A stretch of DNA of 64,000 nt from an uncultured Planctomycetia bacterium (GCA_964433975.1 CAYSSS010000001.1:78257-142256), one strand, 5' to 3'; positions 17,364 through 27,052 are shown, counted from the stretch's first letter. The notes: generated by a model not told the origin, from the sequence alone. Numbers and translations are program-made.

Positions 17364-19534
17364 CGACACTTAAAAATCATATAGGGTTCGTAGCGTTTTT
17401 TTCTTTCATAATAGCGGTATTCTTATACCCCCTCATAACCATGCGGGGAGGATTTATATGGGGAGATTCATTCGTTCAATTCTATCCTTGGTCGAAGGTT
17501 TACGCCGAAAGCATAAAATCTTTTTCATTTCCCTACTGGATAAGAGCAATGGGCAGCGGATTTCCTCTCATGGCCGAAGGCCAGGTGGGAGGTTTTTATC
17601 CGCTTAATATATTGTTATTCTTTATCCTGCCGTTCAAGATCGCGTATAACTATTCGGTCGTCCTTCACTTCGTAATGGGGGGTATTTTTACTTATCTCTA
17701 CAGCCGTAAGTTGGGCGCGGATCAATCCGGCGGCAGCCTCGCTGCGCTGCTCTTCTGTTTCGGTAGCGCTTACGCCGGATGTTTTTATAATATAGTTACG
17801 CTACGCACTCTGGCGTGGTTCCCTCTGGTTCTACTACTGATAGAGCGCTATTTTGAGAAGGAAGAGCCAAGATATATATTGTTCGGCGGTGTAATACTGG
17901 GATTGCAGTTTCTTGCGGGATTCGTGCAGATGGCCGCATACAGCGCTATTTTCTATTTAGCGTATTTTATTTATAAGGCGATAATAGAGAAGAAGAGCCT
18001 ATGGAAGATCGCAAGGTCTTTATCAGTCTTTTTTACCACAGCCATTTTGATAGCATTGCCTCAACTTTTGCTTACCTATCAATTGGTCGGATTATCGAAC
18101 AGGGAAGGGGCCACAGCGGGATTTGCGCTATGGGGATCGGTCTTTCCTTCGGGATTATTGGGAACCGTCTTTCCTTACTCCTTCTCTTTTAAGGGAGATC
18201 TTTATGTAGGCATATTGAGCCTTTTATTTGTTATATTCAGTGCCTACTCACTAAAAAAATATAAAAATACAAGGCCGCTTGTGTTGATCCTGATACTGTC
18301 TCTCTTCATGGCTCTCGGGAGGTACAACCCTATTTATTTTGCGTTAATAAAGATCACCAAATTATATATCTTCAGGAATCCGTCCAAGTTCTTATTTTTC
18401 GCCTCCTTTTCATTATCGGTCCTGGCCGGGATAGGGTTGACCCGGTATTTTAATGCCAAAGATGCCGCACCAAAACGAAAAAGTAATTTTTTATTTTTCA
18501 TTACTCTAACCACAGCGGGAATTGCGTTTTTTGCGGTAAAACTTTCACTGATCTTGTTCAGGCGCAATATTATCAGTTTTGGAGATTATTTTGTACGCAA
18601 TTTTATATACAATAAACCGCATCACCGTTACAGCCTGGAATTTTATATAGATAAGTTCAGGATGTCGTATGACGCGATATTGGGCAATTTTTCCTTCTCG
18701 AGCGTTTTCGTGATTTTGTCATGGGTTGTGTTTATTGCAGCGTTTTTATTCTGTTTGATACGTTTAGGGAGAAAGTCGAAGTATATTGCTATCGCGTTGA
18801 TATTTATCGATATCTTTATATTCAGTCTTTACGGAAAAGGTTTTAGCCATAATATAAAGCCATTTTCATATTTGGCTGCGGAAGATAGGGTCTTTCTGGA
18901 ATACCTTAAGAGGGACCGCGATATATATAGAGTGCTCCCATTTAATATAAGGTCCGGAAGATTGCCCAATTGGGCCATGCCTAATTCGAATATCATTCAT
19001 GGAATAGATAGCGTCGCGTGCTACACGCCGCTTGTAACCAGGGCCTATAGAGATAAGCTTCTTGATCTTGGGGCAATAGATGATTCTCTGGGGTTTGTTA
19101 ACGCCAAAGAAGGCGCGATAAGCGCCGATACCCAGATGCTGCGGTTACTGAACGTTAAGTATATAATATCGCCGGATGAGTTGAATGATCAAGTGCTGGA
19201 AAAGGTATATGCGGATAACAGTCTATTCCTGTACAGGATGAAGGGGTCTTATCCACGGCTATTCTTTTCCTCTAGTATAGCGCCAGATGTAAGGCAGTCG
19301 CCTTTAGCGAGCACTAAAATATTAACATATAGAGATGGATTTATCGAAGCTGAGATAACGGCATATGATGATGGATTTGTAGTCTTTTCTGAAAACTACT
19401 ATCCGGGATGGCGCGTGTTTATCGACGGGAAAAAGAAAGATATAATAAAAGTAATGGATATCCTGCAGGCCGTTGCGATAGACAAAGGATATCATAAAGT
19501 TTTGTTCATCTACAGACCACGGTTTTTAGGATAA
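17360..19534 (+). CDS. YfhO-family GT-C membrane glycosyltransferase.
   Basis: 724 aa. The N-terminus ...GGFIWGDSFVQFYPWSKVYAESIKSFSFPYWIRAMGSGFPLMAEGQVGGFYPLN resembles the YfhO signature (…QHYPF…WNPY…G.P). There are many TM helices and a large C-terminal domain. Confidence 0.6.
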   Translation: MTTLKNHIGFVAFFSFIIAVFLYPLITMRGGFIWGDSFVQFYPWSKVYAESIKSFSFPYWIRAMGSGFPLMAEGQVGGFYPLNILLFFILPFKIAYNYSVVLHFVMGGIFTYLYSRKLGADQSGGSLAALLFCFGSAYAGCFYNIVTLRTLAWFPLVLLLIERYFEKEEPRYILFGGVILGLQFLAGFVQMAAYSAIFYLAYFIYKAIIEKKSLWKIARSLSVFFTTAILIALPQLLLTYQLVGLSNREGATAGFALWGSVFPSGLLGTVFPYSFSFKGDLYVGILSLLFVIFSAYSLKKYKNTRPLVLILILSLFMALGRYNPIYFALIKITKLYIFRNPSKFLFFASFSLSVLAGIGLTRYFNAKDAAPKRKSNFLFFITLTTAGIAFFAVKLSLILFRRNIISFGDYFVRNFIYNKPHHRYSLEFYIDKFRMSYDAILGNFSFSSVFVILSWVVFIAAFLFCLIRLGRKSKYIAIALIFIDIFIFSLYGKGFSHNIKPFSYLAAEDRVFLEYLKRDRDIYRVLPFNIRSGRLPNWAMPNSNIIHGIDSVACYTPLVTRAYRDKLLDLGAIDDSLGFVNAKEGAISADTQMLRLLNVKYIISPDELNDQVLEKVYADNSLFLYRMKGSYPRLFFSSSIAPDVRQSPLASTKILTYRDGFIEAEITAYDDGFVVFSENYYPGWRVFIDGKKKDIIKVMDILQAVAIDKGYHKVLFIYRPRFLG

Positions 19535-19537
19535 ATA

Positions 19538-21205
19538 ATGAAGATAAAAATATTTGTAATAATTCTACTGTCGATATTCGCCGTATTAACGATATCGAGT
19601 ATGCGGCAAAATTCGGCTACTTGCGACGAGATAGCGCATCATATACCCGTAGGATATGTTTTATTGAATAAATGGGATTTCAAGATGGATACATCGCAAC
19701 CGCCACTGCCGCGATATATAGTAGCTTTACCGTTGAAACTATTTATGAATATAAATATGCCCGATGACAGGGCTCTTTGGAGGGTGCAAGACCGGTCTAT
19801 TTTCGGCAGGGATTTTTTCTACAAATATAATCGTGATCAGATCAAGATGGTCTTTTTTGCCAGGATGGCCGTTGTTTTTATAGGTATGTTATGCGGTCTG
19901 CTGCTATTTATATGGGCAAAGTCACTTTGGGGCGAAAGAGCCGCTCTATTTAGCCTGTTTTTTTACGCTCTTTCTCCAAATATATTGGCTCATGCCGGTC
20001 TTGCCACCACTGATATGGTAGCGACGTTTTTTATACTCCTCTCTTGTTATTCATTCTGGCTCTTCCTGAAGAATGCTTCAATCACAAATATCATATTCGC
20101 GGCTGTCTGTCTTGGGCTGGCTGAGCTCTCTAAATACACGGCCATCCTGCTTTATCCGATATTCTTACTGTCATTGCGAGGAGTCCCGCCGAAGACCCTC
20201 GACCTCGCCGAGAGGCGAGCGGGACGACGAAGCAATCCCACAATTTCAAAGTTCCTGTCCGTTATCTTTTTATCTTTGATCGTTGTGTGGGCCGCCTATG
20301 GATTTGAATTTCAACCATTACTTAAAGATTCGATGCGCCTCGATGAAAAACTTCAGATCGCACACAATATCGCTAAAAAAGTATACCCGCATATCAGCCC
20401 GGCGGCAATTGACCGCCTGGACGATTTTTTACTGAAGGTCCCGGTGCCGTTGGGCAGCCACATTCTCGGGATAATGGGCGTGTTTCGTCACGGTTACGAA
20501 GGGCATAGTACTTATTTTTTGGGGAGGTGGTCAAGTCACGGCGATCCGCTCTATTTTTTAGTCGCTTTTTTGATAAAGACACCCATACCGCTAATCATTT
20601 TTTTGCTCATTGGTATTTTCATATTTTTGAAGCAGAGATCGCAGATGGGAGAGAGGTTTATTTTTATCGTAGCGGCCGTATTCTTTGTGGCGTCATCTTT
20701 AAGCGGGCTGAAGTTGGGGTTAAGGCACATATTGCCCCTTTACCCGTTCTGTTTCATGATATGCGGCGGTGCCGTAGTGCTATTGAAGAAGAAATATGTT
20801 AATATACTATTGTATAGTCTAATGGCATGGTATGCGTTTATATCGGTCAAAACATGGCCGCATTATTTGGGCTACTTTAATGAAGCGATAGGCGGTCCGG
20901 CAAACGGATATAAATACCTCAGGGATTCAAACGTTGATTGGGGGCAGGACCTGCCGTCACTATCGCGGTATATGGAGAAAAACGGTATAAAAGAGATAGC
21001 GCTTGAATATTTCGGACAGGCGGACCCGGTTGTTTACGGCGTTCATTACAGAAAGTTTATGCCGGATGAATTTGAAAAGCCGCATGACGCGGTTTATGCC
21101 GTAAGCGCCCAATATCTGGAGGGTGTCAAATGGACGAAGGATCATAAACCTGCGGCAGCCGCAGGCTATTCTATATTTATCTATGATTTTGCCAAGGAAA
21201 AATAG
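19538..21205 (+). CDS. GT-C fold membrane glycosyltransferase, ArnT/PMT_2-like. It is a paralog of 5752-7491 and carries an in-frame hairpin repeat insertion.
   Basis: ATCDEIAHHIPVGY...QPPLPRYIVALPL, and the C-terminal YFNEAIGGPANGYKYLRDSNVDWGQD, shared with the 5752 gene. Confidence 0.65.
   Translation: MKIKIFVIILLSIFAVLTISSMRQNSATCDEIAHHIPVGYVLLNKWDFKMDTSQPPLPRYIVALPLKLFMNINMPDDRALWRVQDRSIFGRDFFYKYNRDQIKMVFFARMAVVFIGMLCGLLLFIWAKSLWGERAALFSLFFYALSPNILAHAGLATTDMVATFFILLSCYSFWLFLKNASITNIIFAAVCLGLAELSKYTAILLYPIFLLSLRGVPPKTLDLAERRAGRRSNPTISKFLSVIFLSLIVVWAAYGFEFQPLLKDSMRLDEKLQIAHNIAKKVYPHISPAAIDRLDDFLLKVPVPLGSHILGIMGVFRHGYEGHSTYFLGRWSSHGDPLYFLVAFLIKTPIPLIIFLLIGIFIFLKQRSQMGERFIFIVAAVFFVASSLSGLKLGLRHILPLYPFCFMICGGAVVLLKKKYVNILLYSLMAWYAFISVKTWPHYLGYFNEAIGGPANGYKYLRDSNVDWGQDLPSLSRYMEKNGIKEIALEYFGQADPVVYGVHYRKFMPDEFEKPHDAVYAVSAQYLEGVKWTKDHKPAAAAGYSIFIYDFAKEK
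20170..20237 (+). repeat. Small MITE/RPE-like palindromic element inserted in-frame in a GT-C gene (copy 2, the longer variant).
   Basis: gtcattgcgaggagtcccgccgaagaccctcgacctcgccgagaggcgagcgggacgacgaagcaatc. It has the same 22 bp and 17 bp termini as copy 1. Relative to the element it is read in a different frame (SLRGVPP... versus HCEESRR...). Confidence 0.7.
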
Positions 21206-21229
21206 GAGAGAAATAGATCAGGCTATTTT

Positions 21230-22804
21230 ATGAAGATATTGCTGATATATCCTAATAAAACGATGACTACCCGCATACCTATAGGGATAGGTTATTTAAT
21301 CGCTTACTTGAAACATGCGGGGCATGAAATAGATATTTTTGATACGACTTTCATGGATTGCGGCAGCGGAGTAAGCGATGATAATTTGCGCGCCGCTTCA
21401 CTTCAAGTGCGTAACCCTGATTTCGCTCAATATAATCTGGTTACAAAAAAAACTGATATAACGAATGAATTATACGAAAAAGTAGAAGTTTTTAAGCCTG
21501 ATATAGTCGCGGTAAGTGTGGTCGACCCAAACTATCGCTTTGGTTTAGTGCTAGCAAAAAAAATAAAAGAAATAAATAAAAATATTTTTGTAATTTTTGG
21601 CGGTCCTACTGCTACATTTTCTCCCGAAGAGGTGATCATAGAAGATGTTGTCGACGCGATTTGTGTGGGCGAAGGAGAGCAGGCCTTGCCCGAATTATGT
21701 GCCGCTATTGAGAAAGGCTGGGAAATAAAGAATATAAAAAATATTTGGTGTAAGGAGAAGGGGGGTATTTATCGTAATGATGTCCGTCCATTGATCGATC
21801 TGGATACGCTTCTGCCTCCGGACTGGAGCATGTTCGATGAGCGTCACCTTATACGCCCTTTTGGCGGCAAGATGTACCGCATGGGTGTTTTTGCCATTAC
21901 CAGGGGGTGTCTGTTCCGATGTACGTATTGCGCTAATTTTGCCTTGTCAAGTATTTACAAAGGAAAAGGATCCCTTTATCGTATTCAGGACCCGGAAAAG
22001 ATGGTAAACCAAATAGCGGAGTTTAAGCACCGTTATAATTTAAACTTTGTTTTTTTTGTAGATGATATTTTCCCATTACATAAGCCGGATGTTTTAGATA
22101 AATTTTGCTCGCTCTATAAAGAAAAAGTACGCCTTCCGTTTAATGTCAGTTTGCATGCCGAGCTTGTCAATGAAGCACAGTTTGCTAAGCTGGTTGATGC
22201 GGGATGCCGTAACGTTTGTTTAGGTTTAGAATCGGGCAGTCCCAGGATAAGAGAAGCGATCTTTGATCGAAAATGCAGCGATGCCCAGATTATAGAGGCT
22301 TTCCGTCTGGCGCATAAATATAAAATACGAAGTTCGACATTTAATATTATCGGCATACCCGGAGAGTCCAGAAAAGATATTTTTCAAACCATTGATTTAA
22401 ATCGCAAGGCAAACCCCGCCACCGCTACCCTTACTTTTTTACATCCTTATCGCGGCACTAAAGTCAGAGATATTTGCATAAAAGAATCAATATTTGATAT
22501 TGGTAAAGAAAAGGAGCATGAGGACGGTTACCGGACAGATTCTTGTTTAAATCTCAAAAATATTTCCGCCAAAGAATTAAAAGGTATTTTTAAAACATTC
22601 CAGATGTATTTGAAAATGCCAAAAATATGCTACATTTTTATACGTCTGGCCGAAGGCGAATCAATTTTTTCTAAAATAATTTTTTCTTTTTTAAAGAAGA
22701 TATTTTACTGTATTACCTACAAAGAAGCGGTATGGGATTTTAGTAATGATCTTGCATTTTCTTCGAATAATTATGATAAATCGGCAGAAGGAACCCAAAA
22801 ATGA
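21230..22804 (+). CDS. B12-binding-domain radical SAM enzyme.
   Basis: N-terminus MKILLIYPNK...IGYLIAYLKHAGHE. CxxxCxxC at ITRGCLFRCTYCAN. 524 aa. Confidence 0.8.
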   Translation: MKILLIYPNKTMTTRIPIGIGYLIAYLKHAGHEIDIFDTTFMDCGSGVSDDNLRAASLQVRNPDFAQYNLVTKKTDITNELYEKVEVFKPDIVAVSVVDPNYRFGLVLAKKIKEINKNIFVIFGGPTATFSPEEVIIEDVVDAICVGEGEQALPELCAAIEKGWEIKNIKNIWCKEKGGIYRNDVRPLIDLDTLLPPDWSMFDERHLIRPFGGKMYRMGVFAITRGCLFRCTYCANFALSSIYKGKGSLYRIQDPEKMVNQIAEFKHRYNLNFVFFVDDIFPLHKPDVLDKFCSLYKEKVRLPFNVSLHAELVNEAQFAKLVDAGCRNVCLGLESGSPRIREAIFDRKCSDAQIIEAFRLAHKYKIRSSTFNIIGIPGESRKDIFQTIDLNRKANPATATLTFLHPYRGTKVRDICIKESIFDIGKEKEHEDGYRTDSCLNLKNISAKELKGIFKTFQMYLKMPKICYIFIRLAEGESIFSKIIFSFLKKIFYCITYKEAVWDFSNDLAFSSNNYDKSAEGTQK

Positions 22805-23532
22805 GCGAGAGTATCCTTTTAACAATTGTTATACCGGCTTATAACGAAGAAAGAACCATTGGCAATACGCTTGAAGAAATAGCCGGTTATTTGGATAAGA
22901 GAGGCTTTTCTTATGAAATGATCGTTGTGGACGACGGATCTACAGACGGGACGTTTGAAAACGCTCAAAGTTGCGCAAAGCTTTTCGGTGATTTGAAAGT
23001 TTTGAAAAATAATATCAACATGGGCAAGGGTTATTCGGTAAAAAGGGGCATTCTTTCCGCGCGCGGGGAATATACGCTTTTCATGGATGCGGACAATTCC
23101 ACGTCAATCTATGAATTTGACAAATTCTTACCTTATCTTAAAGACAGGTGCGATGTGGTGATCGCTTCAAGGCGTCTAAAAAATTCAGACGTTAAAGAGC
23201 CGCAGCCGTTCTTAAGAGCAATCATGGGATTATTCTATATAATCCTGTCAAAGATCATGCTGGGCATGCAGATCAACGATTTCAATTGCGGATTTAAAGC
23301 ATACCTGAGCAAGGCGGCAAAGTTTTTATGCGAAAAACAAAAAATGGATGACTGGAGCTTTGATACGGAGCTATTATTTATCGCAAAAAAGCATGGTTTC
23401 AGGATAAAAGAGGTGCCTGTCAGATGGGTCCATAAAAGCGGCTCCAAGGTAAACCCCTTCAAGGACGGCGTAGGATCTTTCCTGAGCCTTATAAAAATAA
23501 AACGGAACGATACAAGTCGCAAATATGACTAA
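22801..23532 (+). CDS. GT2 polyprenyl-phosphate sugar synthase (DPM1-like).
   Basis: IVIPAYNEERTIGNTL and VVDDGSTDGT motifs. 243 aa. Confidence 0.8.
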   Translation: MSESILLTIVIPAYNEERTIGNTLEEIAGYLDKRGFSYEMIVVDDGSTDGTFENAQSCAKLFGDLKVLKNNINMGKGYSVKRGILSARGEYTLFMDADNSTSIYEFDKFLPYLKDRCDVVIASRRLKNSDVKEPQPFLRAIMGLFYIILSKIMLGMQINDFNCGFKAYLSKAAKFLCEKQKMDDWSFDTELLFIAKKHGFRIKEVPVRWVHKSGSKVNPFKDGVGSFLSLIKIKRNDTSRKYD

Positions 23533-25576
23533 GCATAAGAGCAGGGAAAATTGCCTGATATATTTAGCCGACCTCGTGCATAATTATGCCTCGAAGGGCC
23601 CTTATACCTTCCCCATTAATATAGGGTATCTGGCTTCTTACGCAAAGAAACTATACGGTGGTAAAGTCCGGATAAAACTTTTTAAATTCCCGCTTGATTT
23701 AATAAATGCTATAAAAAAACAGAGGCCCGACATCGTTGCCCTCAGCAATTATACCTGGAACATAGATATCAACAATAAAATAATTTCCTGGGTCAAAGCG
23801 GCTTACGAAGGCATAGTAACGGTATTCGGCGGCCCGGATTACCCTGTTACATACGGGGAATCGCTGGATTATTTGAAAAGAACCAAAGACCTTGATTTTT
23901 ACGTCCTTCAGCAGGGCGAAAAAGGCTTTGTCAATATTATTCAAAGATATTTTGAAAGCCCGTCTTTAAACGATATGAAGGAAAAAGTATTGGAAAATTG
24001 CTCTTTTTATAATAGGCGCACGGGCAAGCTTGTTGTTTCTGAGAGGTATAATTGGATAGAGGATATAGGAGAAATACCGTCTCCATATCTGACAGGTGTC
24101 CTGGATGATTTTTTCAAGGATAATCTCATACCGTTAATCGAGACTAACAGGGGCTGTCCTTATTCATGTATTTATTGCGCATGGGGCAAAGCGAGCCAAA
24201 AAAAAGTATTTCGGTTTCCGGCCAAAAGAATAAAGGAAGAGCTTGAATATATCTCAAAAAAAATAGACAATGTCAGTCTTCTTATGATAGCGGATGCGAA
24301 TTTTGGAATATTCGAGAGCGACGCGGATATCGCTAAATTTTTGAAGCATGTCAACAGGAAGTACGGATATCCTAAAGATATTAATCTTACATGGGCGAAG
24401 ACCAATCCTAATCGTGTCGTTAAAATCGCAGAGATATTGGGTGACATGATCAGCGCATCCAGCGCTTTCGGATCATTTCAGACTACAGACCCGGAGGTAA
24501 TGGCTAATATCAAGAGGACAAATTTTACCCTGGAGCAATTTAAAAAAATTCAGGATGTCTTTATTAAAAAAAATATTTCCACGTCCTCAGAATTAATACT
24601 GGCACTGCCGGGCGAAACCAAAAAATCGCATTTGAACGGCTTAAAAGAAATGTTTGAATGCGATACCAACGCTATAGTTAACTACAATTTGCGTCTTTTA
24701 GGCGGGAGCGAATTGAACACAGCCGCAAGCAGGGAAAGATTCGGTATTAAGACAAAATTTAGGCTGATAGACGGCGGATTCGGCAAGTATGGTGACATCC
24801 TTTCTATAGAAAGCGAAGAGATGGTGCTCGGCAATAATACTATGTCCATGGATGATATTCTGTATTTCAGGCCGGCGCATTTTCTGATACAATTTTTATG
24901 GAATTACGGATATTATAAAGAGCCGCTATTCTATCTGAAATCGAAAGAGATTAATCCCATCGATCTTATAATTTCTTTGATCGAAAATAGAAAAAAAGCA
25001 CCCTTATCCATAAAAACAATCCTGGATGACTTCATAAATGAATCATATGGTGAGTGGTTTGACTCAAAGGAGGGGCTATTTAAGCACTACGCCATGCCGG
25101 ATAATTTTGAAAAGTTGAAAAAAGGCGGCTTTGGCAAACTGAACTATAAGTATACATACAAAATATTATTAGAGCGAAAAAATGATTTTGACGAATATCT
25201 ATATGGCATGCTGCGGAATATGCTTGAGGCAAGGAGGCCGGTAACATCCGATGTCAAAGAACAGATAGATGATTTATTTAGCTATACCCGCAATATATTC
25301 ATAGATTTCGAAGATCTTGTTAATGATCGTACCGAGGACAAGGTGATAGGACTTAGATATGATATTTTGGCATGGAAAAAAGAACGCTATAAAAAGGCGT
25401 TGGGAGAATTTAAGTCTGCCGGCCTAAAATTAAGATTTTACCTGCCTGAAGAACAGGCGCTGGCTCTGAAAAAGCTTTGTTTGCAATTTCAGGGGATAGA
25501 TCTCAACCAGACCTTGCGAAAGATGTCGGAATATATCAACGAAAAAGACCTCACTAATAAAGTAGACTACGCATAA
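23525..25576 (+). CDS. Large B12-binding-domain radical SAM enzyme.
   Basis: CxxxCxxC at ETNRGCPYSCIYCAW. The N-terminal region before the cluster is consistent with a cobalamin-binding domain. 683 aa, with a long C-terminal extension. Confidence 0.75.
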   Translation: MTKHKSRENCLIYLADLVHNYASKGPYTFPINIGYLASYAKKLYGGKVRIKLFKFPLDLINAIKKQRPDIVALSNYTWNIDINNKIISWVKAAYEGIVTVFGGPDYPVTYGESLDYLKRTKDLDFYVLQQGEKGFVNIIQRYFESPSLNDMKEKVLENCSFYNRRTGKLVVSERYNWIEDIGEIPSPYLTGVLDDFFKDNLIPLIETNRGCPYSCIYCAWGKASQKKVFRFPAKRIKEELEYISKKIDNVSLLMIADANFGIFESDADIAKFLKHVNRKYGYPKDINLTWAKTNPNRVVKIAEILGDMISASSAFGSFQTTDPEVMANIKRTNFTLEQFKKIQDVFIKKNISTSSELILALPGETKKSHLNGLKEMFECDTNAIVNYNLRLLGGSELNTAASRERFGIKTKFRLIDGGFGKYGDILSIESEEMVLGNNTMSMDDILYFRPAHFLIQFLWNYGYYKEPLFYLKSKEINPIDLIISLIENRKKAPLSIKTILDDFINESYGEWFDSKEGLFKHYAMPDNFEKLKKGGFGKLNYKYTYKILLERKNDFDEYLYGMLRNMLEARRPVTSDVKEQIDDLFSYTRNIFIDFEDLVNDRTEDKVIGLRYDILAWKKERYKKALGEFKSAGLKLRFYLPEEQALALKKLCLQFQGIDLNQTLRKMSEYINEKDLTNKVDYA

Positions 25577-25807
25577 TCACCCCATCCTAATGATAACGAA
25601 TAACTAGTAATGATTTTTGTTGCATTCATAGCGATATGGGGTAAACTGTGAGGCAGCGATAACGTCAAATAACGCTTGACTTCGCATAATGTTTCTATAA
25701 AATGCTATATACGGTTGACAAGCTTATCAAAATTTAGAGGCATACCGGTTGTAAAAATTGAGGACTGTCATTTGATTAAACAAGAAAAATCGACAAAAGG
25801 ATAGAAT

Positions 25808-26539
25808 ATGAAATTAAACTTAACATCCATAAACAACAGGCTAAAATCCTGTTTGGCAAGAATCTTATCGAACATACAGATTAAGCATAAGATACCCGTA
25901 AACAATGGCTATGTATATTTGAATGATGGCTGCTTCCTGGACGCCTACAAGGCAGAAACATTCATGGTGGACTGGATAAACTCAATAGGCGGTGGTGTAG
26001 TTTACGACATAGGCGCGAATGTAGGAACCTATTCGATCCTTTTGGCGAAGAAATGCAAAGTATACTCCATAGAACCCTCCATAAAAACGCTTAATATACT
26101 ACAGAAAAATCTCGTATCTAACAACGTGTTTGACAAGGTAACCATACTACCTTTCGCGGTATCCGATAGCTGTAAAGTACAGAAATATGGCCATTATGCT
26201 ACGGTTGTTAATATTGACGCAAGAGGATATACCGAAGATTCTAAATACTTCACGGACAGAAAAATGACGCAAACCCACGATCTATTGTCGTTTGACCTCG
26301 ATACATTAGTCAAATTATTTAATCTCCCATATCCTGACTATATAAAAATTGACGTAGACGGCGCCGAACTTAACGTATTAAAAGGCGCCAAGGAAACTAT
26401 GAAGCATGCCAAGGTTATGATAGTAGAAATAAATGACAAAGAGGCGCTAAGCCTATTAAAGGATTTCTCGGTTACACGGTTGACCAATTACGATAACGAA
26501 CATGACTATTATCTATGCAAAAACAAACAAGTAGAATGA
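25808..26539 (+). CDS. FkbM-family SAM-dependent methyltransferase.
   Basis: VYDIGANVGTYSILLAKKC motif I, typical of the Methyltransf_21/FkbM family. 243 aa. An RBS, AAAGGA, lies upstream. It is preceded by a 231 bp intergenic gap. Confidence 0.75.
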   Translation: MKLNLTSINNRLKSCLARILSNIQIKHKIPVNNGYVYLNDGCFLDAYKAETFMVDWINSIGGGVVYDIGANVGTYSILLAKKCKVYSIEPSIKTLNILQKNLVSNNVFDKVTILPFAVSDSCKVQKYGHYATVVNIDARGYTEDSKYFTDRKMTQTHDLLSFDLDTLVKLFNLPYPDYIKIDVDGAELNVLKGAKETMKHAKVMIVEINDKEALSLLKDFSVTRLTNYDNEHDYYLCKNKQVE

Positions 26540-26717
26540 GTATAACCTATATTCAAGCGTTCTGAACCCGACATCAAAAGGCAATCTATCAAGATCGTGT
26601 CTTAACCCTACCATAAATGATGTAACTCTCTACGCCACATACAGAGGCCTCTTCAGCGTATTCGCCAAATGGACCTCTCGTCACAATTGGCTCCTCTTTT
26701 AGTGTGATTCAGCAACT

Positions 26718-26757
26718 CTAATGACTACTAATGACTAGTAATTACTAGTAATGAATT
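26718..26757 (+). repeat. Four tandem imperfect 10 bp repeats (ctaatgacta / ctaatgacta / gtaattacta / gtaatgaatt) immediately upstream of a promoter. Candidate operator or iteron-like site.
   Basis: Read directly from the sequence. The related motif ctaatgata...actagtaatga recurs at 25588-25614. Confidence 0.6.
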
Positions 26758-26760
26758 CAG

Positions 26761-26789
26761 TTGACATTTGCAATGATCTGGGGTATCAT
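26761..26789 (+). promoter_or_regulatory. Near-consensus sigma70-type promoter, TTGACA-N17-TATCAT.
   Basis: -35 TTGACA at 26761-26766, a 17 bp spacer, and -10 TATCAT at 26784-26789. The RBS AAAGG at 26801-26805 lies 7 nt before the ATG at 26813. Confidence 0.55.
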
Positions 26790-26812
26790 AAGTCAAAAAG
26801 AAAGGTGTGATC

Positions 26813-27052
26813 ATGGAAATAAACCCGCATGAGGTGTACACCACCGAAGAGGCTCAGCGCATTCTTAAGATAAGCCCTTCTACTACAATGAGGCTGATTA
26901 AGAAAGGGATGATACGAACTGCTAAGGTCGGCAAACAATATCGTATTCTTGGTAAGGAGCTATTGAGGGTGGTCTCTCCTAAGCTTGAGGATAAGGTTGG
27001 CAGGATCTATAATAAAGGACGGAAGTGGGTCCACGAGGGCATTGAGGAGTAA
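26813..27052 (+). CDS. Small helix-turn-helix DNA-binding protein (excisionase/MerR-like HTH_17 family). Putative transcriptional regulator.
   Basis: EVYTTEEAQRILKISPSTTMRLIKKGMIRTAKVGKQYRILGKELL matches the excisionase-family HTH pattern. The six-frame track starts at the GTG at 26807, but the ATG at 26813 has the better RBS. Confidence 0.65.
   Translation: MEINPHEVYTTEEAQRILKISPSTTMRLIKKGMIRTAKVGKQYRILGKELLRVVSPKLEDKVGRIYNKGRKWVHEGIEE

Noticed and set aside
25577-25807. A promoter and terminator in the 231 bp gap before the FkbM methyltransferase gene.
   Set aside because: Several weak -35/-10-like hexamers exist (ttgact…tataaa with a 14 bp spacer, and ttgaca with a poor -10). None has consensus spacing, and no convincing stem-loop plus T-run terminator is visible. 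Only the RBS (AAAGGA) is clear.
26807-27052. The excisionase-family HTH gene as a marker of a prophage or integrative element boundary.
   Set aside because: No integrase, recombinase, att-like direct repeats or phage genes are present within the window. The HTH_17 fold is also common in stand-alone regulators, so I treat it as a regulator, not as a mobile-element gene. The module boundary at about 26.6 kb is kept only as a hypothesis.
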